Assembly: GCA_013239625.1 (NCBI GenBank)
Contig: MU056000.1
Coordinates: 9,708,675-9,742,434, forward strand
From: Lama guanicoe
Lineage: Eukaryota
Reading direction: 5' to 3'
Length of the DNA: 33,760 nt
This document shows positions 25,399 through 33,760 of this stretch, in pieces (the first letter of the stretch is position 1; the number at the start of each line of letters is the position of its first letter). The position numbers and the translations under genes were made by a program. The notes below the pieces were generated by a model, which worked only from the letters and a program-made list of their open reading frames with translations, did not search any database and was not told the DNA's origin.

Positions 25399-25604
25399 TA
25401 AGAAGTACAAACTATTAGACATAAAATAAGCTACAAGGATGTATTGTACAACATGGGGAATACAGCCAGTATTTTATAATAACTATAAATGGAGTGTAAC
25501 CTTTAAACATTGTCAATCACTATATCATACACCTGTAACATATAATATTGTACAGTGACGGTACTTTAATTTAAAAAAGTAAAAACAATAATAATAAAAT
25601 ATAA
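25399..25604 (+). mobile_element. 5'-truncated L1MA-like 3' end with degraded 16-bp TSD
   Basis: L1 3' UTR plus A-rich tail, flanked by AGAAGCCCGTTGCTAT (25383-25398) and AGACGCCCGCTGCAAT (25605-25620), 13/16 identical. Confidence 0.85.
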
Positions 25605-25859
25605 AGACGCCCGCTGCAATCTGAGTATATTCCCCAAATATTATTTATGATTATTATATATGTATATATTATATTGCATATATAAAATTATAAATTCTTT
25701 CATTTGCCATCTTTTTTTACTGACATCATCCTTCCACATCTATTTTACTGGCAAAAGTTTGAGCGTTGTTAACAACTCCAAGAAAAAGTTTCTTTGTTGA
25801 TTTTTGAGATTGACATGTAATAGTTATTACATTGATCATTATTATTATTAAATATACTA

Positions 25860-26030
25860 TTTTAATTAAAATTTATTCCAACTGCCCTGGATAGTTTTCA
25901 TTATCCCTATTTTAGATACGAGAAAGCTGAAACTCATTCGTTTGAGTGGCTCACACCCGAGAAAACAAAGCATTTGTTCAGATAGGACCAGAATCAGGAT
26001 TTCTGACCCCGAGGTCCACACTCTTTCCAT
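25860..26030. mobile_element. MIR SINE
   Basis: TTATCCCTATTTTAGATACGAGAAAGCTGAAACTCA...TCTGACCCCGAGGTCCACACTCTTTCCA. Confidence 0.7.
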
Positions 26031-26599
26031 GACTGTGAGTGTCAGACAGGAAGCTGCGAAACAGAGGGAGCAAATGTAAAGGGAATAACTCGAGTCCCGC
26101 TGAGACACAAGGGGCATTTGGTCTGGTTTTGCTGCTAGTGTCTGGTTTCTAACTTAGCTAACATTCTGACATCCCGACTCATGGCTTCATGAAATGAAGG
26201 CAGGCCGCAACTTCCATTCAGCCTCTCCTCTTGGAAGGGGCTGCTGTCCGACTTTGAGTATGGAGCATGAAGACCATCAACAACAGAATTATCAGTTTTA
26301 GATGGTCATGTAAAAAGGCAGGGGTCTAGTGGAGAACAGCATAGGCCAAAGCAGAGCAATGGGGAGCGGGGGAAAAACAAACAGGAAAAATACAAGGTGG
26401 GGTCCTGAGCTCTGGTGCCCTCCTGCTGCCGGAGGTACTCCACGTGGAGCGTGACAGAGGGCTGTCCCCCCTCCATCACTTCAAATAACAGTACCACTCG
26501 CTACAACTAGATCTTAGCTAACTCCTTTTCCATAATATCTTTAAGGAAACAATTTAAGCACAAGAACGCCCATAAGCTCAGAAGTATACTTCGACTCAC

Positions 26600-26819
26600 C
26601 ACCGTACGTTCTTTTCAGTCCTGCCCGGAGGCCCTGCGGAGGCTCATTGGCAAACTTAATGGACATCTGGAGGAGCGTGATGGGAAACTGCTTATGAACC
26701 TCGGTGGTCATCCAGAGGCGGAAAGCATCATGTACAGTCTCCGTTTCCACAATTATGTCCATCAGCTCATCCATGAAATCCAGTCCCAGGTGGCAGTTCT
26801 GCAGAAGTGCCCATCCTCC
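26600..26819 (-). CDS. DNAH5: DNAH5 coding exon (220 nt): [19 protein letters not shown]...[14 protein letters not shown]
   Basis: Acceptor GACCTAG|GGA, donor GGTG|GTGAGT. Conserved GxWxLLQNCHL and FRLWMTTE motifs; frame continuous with neighbouring exons. Confidence 0.96.
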
Positions 26820-29331
26820 CTAGGTCAACAACGGGAAGTGGAAATTAGGCTATTCTTGTGTTTCACCCAGAGATGCAAATTAGTACGTTCTTTAGAAGTC
26901 AAGTAGTTAAAATTTAATAGAAAAGCACATGAACCACTTTAAATTAATCAGGGTTAAATCTAAGGATAAAATAATGTCTGACAGAGATATGCAACATTTC
27001 TGTTTTATTCCAGGTACGCGTCCTGCAATTGCAGTAATGATATATGCTAAGATTCATGAAAGTCCCCAGAGTGAAAAATAAAGATAACAGCACTTTCAAG
27101 AGAGGTGGTTGACTTAAAGCATCCGTTTTAGCTCAGCTCCTTCCCCAAATTCCATGAAGGACAAAGATAATGAGGGTGAAGACAATTTCAGTAACATTTA
27201 AAACAGACTCAAGAAAGCTGAACCCTAAACTGGCATTCGGGGAGAGCAGAGACGTAGCCTGATTTATACCAAGTAACTCCCCACACACCCAAGAATGGGA
27301 GAAGATGATGGACTAACACAAGGAGATTGAGAGTCCAGACCCCTGATGGGCTCCCCTAATGAAAGATGGAAAGCTGATTTTCTTCAGAAGGCAAAACAGA
27401 CAGGGTTCCAAGTAGAGGACAGCAGGCAGCTAAGAGTACAAGAACTTCACTGAAAACAGGTGAAAGAAAGTTTACCTATTGAATTTTGAGACCTATTCCC
27501 TCCCTTCTCAGAGTTCCCAGAACCCAGGCAGTGGGGCGTATACACTCTGGAAGGCGAAAGAACCTTCTCTGGGGAAACTGACCACTCTAAGAACAAGAGG
27601 CTTAGAAAATAGTAAGCCATATCCCTTGTGTCAATCATCCTATGAGGATAAGAAGATTCCTTGGGTAAAGCTACACAGGCAACAATTTAGGTCATGCAAC
27701 AATAATTAGCTCAGTATCTAGTCTATAGAATATTTTTGCTAAAATCATCTACAATATCCGATCTTAACTGAGTTGTTTTCTTGACTCTGTAACTTCAAAT
27801 TATTTAGATTGAATTAGTGGAACCTGAGATAGTTTTCTTTCCAAGAAACGAACTAAGCACCAGATCTAAAATCCTAGTAGAGTAGCAAATAAAACATGAT
27901 TTTGGAATTTCACATATTCCCTTACCTTTTCTTAGAAGTATATAGCACTGCTGAAGGAATAACTATTTTTTTGTCCCACAAACATTTAATTGACACTGTC
28001 CACCATTCAAAAAAAGGAGAAATTAAATGTGACACATAACCACAAAGAGGCTTCAGATGCTCGCTGTCACCCAGCACACAGGTGACTCCTGATTAAAGCT
28101 TCTTTAAGGGAGATCTTTGAGGCGTGCATCTTCACCCACGGGATCCCTTAGCCAAGGCTGTTTCTTTGTTGTCACCACTTTCTGTGTTAAATGTTTTGCA
28201 TTTTTACTGAGCAGATTATCCATTTTGCTATTCTTGGATAGCTGGTCCATTCTGTCTTAGCGCCTTGAACGTTTCTCATAAATCTTTTTAAAACCACTAT
28301 CATCTCTGACAAGTTATAAGCATGCTGATAATAAAAACAAAGATCTGTTTCAATTTTACTTGAAATTTAACTACAAAACAAAACATGGATCAACTGAAGG
28401 TCAAAAATTATCCCATTTAAATTCTAACTTAGTTGCTGAAAATATAATTATTAGTCACACCATTATTTATTTTAAACTCAAGTTAAGTAAGTGCCCTGTG
28501 CGTGTGAGTGTTTTTGTTCTAAGTACAGTACTGTGAAGAGGGAGGGATGGAGGAAGGAGCCAGAATGGAGGCCCACCAAACCCTCATGCTGGACCAGACC
28601 TGGGATTCTTAAATATGGTGGAATTTTTTCATCTCTAAACATATTTAAATCACACGCTTTCTGCCCTCCCCCTCCTAACTGCAAACCAAGTGCATCAGAC
28701 ACAGCACAGCACACGTGAGAGGCCCCTCCCTTTCATCAAAGCTGGGGGCAGGGCACAGCTTGAGGATGGAAGAGCCTCAAAGTAAATACGGAGGTTCTAG
28801 AACCCAGTGGGCTCAGTTCTACCCCAGGGGGAGGGACCAGATGCAGTAACGTCCTAGATTCAGCAGCTGCGCCCTCAAACCCAGTGGTTTCATGGTGAGC
28901 CTAGTGTCTGGGGGTTGCAGGGAGACAGCCAGTCCTATCCTCAGTGGGAAGCATTCCCTGGAGGGCACAGAGGAGTTTTGAGATATTGGGAGGGGAGCTC
29001 AGACTCAGGGAAGGAGGGGCAGGGTCTGCTCCCCAAAAAGGGCAGAGAAGCATCTGGATCAAGACTGCATGTTGTCCAGTAGGAATGAGAAGCCAAGTGG
29101 TTCTTCCACCCCTTGCTTGGCCAAAGTGTGGAGGAAGAGAGGACCAGGGATGGAGGCACCCCCTGGGCAGAGTCGGGCACCCCAGAGAAGGCTAGATTAA
29201 TGTACACACAGAGGGTTCTGTCCTGGAGCTTGAGTTCTAGAGACGAAATAGGACCTTCTGCATTCGGTTACCTTAAATCCCTAAAAGTGCCTCAGCTCTA
29301 GACTTGACTGTCCCAGGAGCAGGGTCACCAT

Positions 29332-29385
29332 GTGGCCTCCAGCGATGGTGGCCTCCAGCGATGGTGGCCTCCAGTGATGGTGGCC
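29332..29385. repeat. 16-bp tandem repeat GTGGCCTCCAG(C/T)GATG, about 3.4 copies
   Basis: Units start at 29332, 29348, 29364 and 29380 (partial). Confidence 0.95.
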
Positions 29386-29972
29386 CCCCGGCCAGGCCTG
29401 AGCACGGCATGCTCTGTACACTGCGGAATGTGCCAGCTGCAAAGGGCTCTAGGAGCCCCACCTGGAAGGCAACAGGCCAGGTTTCCTGAAACCTCTGCGA
29501 CCACCACAGGGTAAGGGTAAGATTCCTGGCCTCTGGGATCCGGGCCAGGCCTAGGGGACTCCAGGATACAGATTACGCACTCTGGAACCCAAGAAAGGCA
29601 CGGTGTTGTGGATTCAGGAGCGTTGTGGATTCCAGGAGCAGTGCTGGAGGGGCCGGAGGGTGTGGTGGAAACAGGGAGCTGTGAACCCCCCAGAGGGTTC
29701 GGGATCTGGAGTGGGCTTTAGCTCTACGCAAACTGGTTGGGAAATAAGATGTTCCGACTGGGCACGTTTTCCATAAGTCAAGGATCAGTAGAAAAAGTTT
29801 TAAATTGCATTCATTTTTCCATGAATATTTTCTATTCAATATCATGCTTTTCCCTGTTGAGTAAACAGCATGCAGTACTTTGACTTAAACAATTTACAGG
29901 TTCTTTTCTGCACTGCTCTTTTAGAACCTGCAACATCAACAACACAACACAAAAGTAGACATTTGGCCTTAC

Positions 29973-30218
29973 GTTCACCATAGTTTGCTGCAAGAGCTTG
30001 CGAGCATGGACCTCCTGGCCCTGGCCCATTGACACGTAACGGGTTTCTATTTTAAGTCTCTTTCCCAAGGCGATGATGGAATCTGTAGGATCTGAGCCCA
30101 TAGACAGGAGACAGATGAGTGGTGTCCGTGGGTCAGATTCCTCCCACGTCTTCTCCAGGTCCAGGAGAACTCCTTCTGCATAGTTTTCTCCCATGGCATC
30201 CACGATGTACTTGCGGGC
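29973..30218 (-). CDS. DNAH5: DNAH5 coding exon (246 nt; about human exon 71), AAA6 region: [10 protein letters not shown]...[20 protein letters not shown]
   Basis: Acceptor TTTTTGGCAG|GCC, donor AAC|GTAAGG. Dynein motifs [12 protein letters not shown] and SMGQGQ; nearly identical to recalled human DNAH5. Upstream exons lie outside the window. Confidence 0.96.
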
Positions 30219-30531
30219 CTGCCAAAAACAGTACATAAGTGACAGAAACTGGTTCCAACTCCTTCATGTTATGTATAATCCAATGTGGTTCCAAAATTCA
30301 TTTTTGTAGATTATCTCAATCCCGTCCACAGTAACCCTGCCACAGAAATCGAGCAGAGGCTTTTCTCTTGTTTGTTCATTTCTTTGTTTGAAGCCCCACT
30401 GCACAGACTGGGAGGCTGAGTCACTTGCCAAACACACAATCACACAGGAAAAAGACCAGAATTCACGTTGGCTGACTTTTTGTCTGGGACCTGTTTCAAT
30501 ACACTGGCTGCTTCATGCTATACAAAACAAC

Positions 30532-30825
30532 TTTTTTTTAACTGAAGTGTAGTTGATTTCCAATATCAGTTTCAGATGTATTGCAAAGTGATCCAGTTAT
30601 GTATATACATACATATATAACACACAAACACACACACACACACACACACACATACACATATACACATATTTTATCACATAGGAAACAAACTATGGTTACC
30701 AAAGGGGTAGTGGGGAGGGATAAATTAGGAGTTTTGGATTAACATACACACATTACTATATATAAAACATATAAATAGCAAGGCTCTACCACATAGCACA
30801 GGGAACTATATTTAATTTCTCATAA
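30532..30825 (-). mobile_element. Short LINE-1 3' insertion with 5' inversion, containing a (CA)n microsatellite (~30620-30665)
   Basis: 30532-30675 is the L1 terminal segment on the minus strand; 30680-30825 is the immediately upstream 3' UTR segment on the plus strand. Compare the collinear copy at ~2233-2490. Confidence 0.8.
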
Positions 30826-31386
30826 AAAATGCTAATTAGGAAACTCTATTATTGAGGATGCTTTAAGGGGAAAGTATATGCATTCAAATAATCAAGTAAG
30901 CAGTACAATGCCTGCTTGTTTATCAAAGAACTAATTACTGAATAACTACTTACTGAAGGAAATTTACTGGAGACTTGTTGAATTAATTAATTAATTTTTC
31001 AAAGATTTAATCCATAGTCTTTCTCCTAATCACTATGATCATTCCTTTTCATTTTCTGCTTTCCCCTTTAATGTCTTTTTTTTTTTACTTAAATCTGTGT
31101 TCACAATATCAGACTTTGTCACCTATATTATCAACCACATAAAAACTATTTCTAGTAACAACACAGTGCTTTTTCAAACAAGGTAAAAGAATTAATATCT
31201 ACAATACTTTTGTGAGTATGACCTTTAGTCTACAATGTCTTCCTAGTAAATAACTGGATTCCCTCAAAGAAAAATTTCCTCTTGATACTTTCTCCCACCA
31301 CATGGGAGTAAAACCCAAGTTTGTCCCCACAATGGAATTCCCTGGAAAAACTGTTCTCCTGTAACAAGCAGAGCCCAGTTCCAAGT

Positions 31387-31492
31387 GCACCATCACGCGG
31401 AACCTTCCGAGGGCACCATGACGTGGAACCTTCCGAGGGCACCATGACGTGGAACCTTCCAAGGGCGCCATGACGTGGAACCTTCCGAGGGC
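31387..31492. repeat. 26-bp minisatellite GCACCATGACGTGGAACCTTCCGAGG, 4 copies
   Basis: Units start at 31387, 31413, 31439 and 31465, with 0-2 mismatches each. Confidence 0.97.
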
Positions 31493-32129
31493 TGGGTAGG
31501 TACGCCTCTCCACTCCCATTCCCAGAGACACAAGACAACTTCCTGAAATCAGACAGCCTTCAGATAGACCTGGACCAAAGGGTGAGTGGAGCTGGTTAAA
31601 TAGTTTTCTTTGCCTTAAAAATCATCCAGAGTTTAATTCCAGCCAATAACACAGGCTTTCCCTCCATTTTGCATACCTAGCTATGCTCCACACATCCTCA
31701 GAGTGACCGCTGGACCCCAGGTCTCTGAGGTTACTAACTGAGAGGATGTCCCCCACTCATGTTTGCTCTCTTTGCAGGTTAGAGTGAGAAGGCAGAGGAT
31801 ACAGTAAGAACATCTTCCAGCTCCCCTATCTCCTCTCCTGTCTCTGTTAGAAGAGGAAAGGGGTGCTGTGTCTAGACAGCTGAATGCCCGAAGTGTTTCT
31901 ACTTCCTGGTTCCTCCTGGTTTGTGGAGACTCCCCTCAAAAGCCTTACCATCCACATTACAGAGTAAAGATTCCTTTTTAAAAGCAATCGATCATGAAAT
32001 CACCATTTCTCCCACAAGAACACACACACAAAAATGACCATTTCCATCCCCTAAACTCACAGCAGCTCATTCAAAAGGGCTGGGCCATTTTGCTCTGGGG
32101 TCCCTTCACCTTCTTCTCGAGTCGTAATC

Positions 32130-32815
32130 TCTGACCATAATGTCCAGGTCACCAAATCAGTGGCAGATTAAGTGGTACATCAATTTGGGAGAGTGCACAG
32201 GTCTTCCTGCCTCAGTAATTATCTCAAAATGACTCCCCAAAGGTCCCAGCAGTGGCAGCCAGGATCCTGGCTGGCAGGGCTCCACCAGTGGCAATGAAAT
32301 GACCAAACAGCACTTGGGCCCCTCACTCATGAAGATGCTCACCCATCCTACCCTTCTTCTCCTTTATGAGCTCCAGTGCTTGGGAGAAGTTCTGAGGAGG
32401 TGGAGTTTAGTCCAATTGCATTGGGAGCAGAAGACACCACTTATTTTTGTATCTGTCAATTTTTTTTTTAGGTTGGCCAGATCCAGTATTGAATTCCTTA
32501 ACCAGAGTATAAACACCTACATGTTTTTTTACAAGCCTTCTGATGGGCACTTCAAAAATTTATCTGACATGTCCCTTAGCTTCTCCAAAAGTCTCCTCTG
32601 TGTACACATTCGGTCACTGAGGCATTGTGCTCTGTGGTCAGGAAGGACTTCAAAGCCTGGACGCTTAGGTGTTCCACAAGAGGCAGTCGCTTGCTGGCCA
32701 CAGATACCTGCCATCAGTGCAGCATCTCTACAGTGTACTCCTCAAGATCCGGGTGCTTCATACTGTGGCACAGCAAGGAGCTCAAAATGGCTAGTCTTGC
32801 CATACCCCTCAGCAT
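32130..32815 (-). mobile_element. Decayed Ty3/Gypsy (MamGypsy-like) gag-protease fossil with PNMA-family-like capsid
   Basis: Hand translation across frameshifts gives collinear PNMA-like motifs: LEEYTVEMLH*WQVSVASKRLPLVEHL, NASVTEC, EETFG, RDMSDKFLK, VFILWL, PPPQNFSQALELIKEKK; then FGHFIAT and GRKTCAL..SQI. Confidence 0.7.
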
Positions 32816-32869
32816 TGACCCAACGTGGACTTTCCATTCAGGCTACAAGTTAACACACTGTTATGCACA

Positions 32870-33140
32870 TCAGGGGCCAGGTGCTAAATATTTTAGGCTT
32901 TGGTGGCCATACATACTCTGCTCCAACCACTCTACCTACCTCCCACTGTAGCACAAAAGCAGCCACAGATAGTCCATAAACAAATGAACATGCCTACATT
33001 CCAATAAAACTTTATAGACACGGGAATTTGAACATTATATAATTTTTACATATCACAAGATATCATTCTTCTTGTGTTTTTCCCCAATCATTTAAAAATA
33101 TAAAAACCATTCTTAGCTCACCTGTACATAAACAGGCAGA
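32870..33140 (+). mobile_element. MER58B-like hAT-Charlie DNA transposon
   Basis: TAAATATTTTAGGCTTTG...TGTAGCACAAAAGCAGCCACAGA...TTCCAATAAAACTTTAT...CATTTAAAAATATAAAAACCATTCTTAGCTC. Confidence 0.85.
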
Positions 33141-33329
33141 AGCACGAGACAGCCTCCTACAGTGCATCATTCTTGCAACCAGGCTTCTGAATGCCCCAGT
33201 CATGCTCAGCCAAAATGCTGAGAACAAGCCTGAGGCTATTTCTGGGGGAATAGGGGTTGAAGGAATCTACATTGTAGACCTTCTAATATGCGTCCCAGGA
33301 AGATGTCTGGTGGAAAATTATGAAGCATT

Positions 33330-33600
33330 CTAATGTGTGAGTAAGAACTTCAGAGGAGAGAATAGTTTTCCAAGGAGCCTTCTAGATCTTGTTAAAGACT
33401 TGGGTGTTATCATAAGAGCCATGGGAGCCATTAAAGGAATACCATAATGATATTTCTCTTTCTTCTAGAATATATAGGATGGATTAGAGTGGGCAAGAAT
33501 GAACTACAGGAGGCAAGTTAGGAAGCCATGGCTGTTGTTGGCTTAAGGATGACAGAGGCCAGGATGAAGACAAAGTACAGGGGAGCAGGGGAGACTTCAG
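33330..33600. mobile_element. LINE-2 fragment
   Basis: ATGGGAGCCATTAAAGG...GATGGATTAGAGTGGGCAAGAATG...CAAGTTAGGAAGCC. Confidence 0.6.
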
Positions 33601-33624
33601 TTTCAGCATTGAACCCAATATAGT

Positions 33625-33722
33625 GAGAAAGAAAGAAAGAAAGGAAGAAAGGAAGAAAGGAAGAAAGGAAGAAAGAAAGAAAGAAAGAAAGGAAGGAAGG
33701 AAGGAAAGAAGGAAGGAAGGGA

Positions 33723-33758
<36 letters not shown>

Positions 33759-33760
33759 AA
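33625..33760. repeat. Compound pure-purine microsatellite (GAAA)n/(GGAA)n, running off the window end
   Basis: Direct reading; no pyrimidines for about 135 nt. Confidence 0.97.

Noticed and set aside
31387..31492. CRISPR-like array (26-bp repeats with internal GGAA..TTCC dyad)
   Set aside because: Units are head-to-tail with no spacers, there are no cas genes, and the context is a mammalian intron: a minisatellite.
31199..31538. Repetitive ORFs (GRFHVM.../PRKVPRHGALG) and similar ones at 29273-29514
   Set aside because: Artefacts of translating through tandem repeats.
32299..32853. 184-aa plus-strand ORF (longest in the track)
   Set aside because: No recognisable homology. It is antisense to the decayed gag-like sequence, where the real signal lies.
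30219..33760. Next upstream DNAH5 exon (expected to end ...WCPDRTIAQ)
   Set aside because: Not found by reading; presumably beyond the window end.

Overview
Mammalian genomic DNA, most likely camelid (a Vic-1-type tRNA-derived SINE is present; no Alu, Bov-A/B or PRE1 was recognised). The minus strand carries the last nine coding exons of the axonemal dynein heavy chain DNAH5. All have canonical AG/GT boundaries and total 1842 nt (613 aa plus TAA at 9278-9280), followed by a probable ~1.7 kb 3' UTR. The rest is intronic or intergenic and rich in old repeats (L1, L2, MIR, MER5A1, MER20, MER58B, MER82, micro- and minisatellites). Most notable unexplained structure: (1) a frameshifted Ty3/Gypsy gag-pro fossil with PNMA/MOAP1-like capsid motifs at ~32130-32815, invisible in the ORF track; (2) an L1 fragment at ~4245-4420 with a 22:3 AT-to-GC substitution bias, next to an orphan CpG-dense patch; (3) a 26-bp minisatellite multimerising a UPRE-like motif; (4) a SINE with an apparent 3' transduction; (5) a twin-primed inverted L1. 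No prokaryotic-type system is present. Repeat names and human comparisons come from recalled consensus sequences and were not computed.
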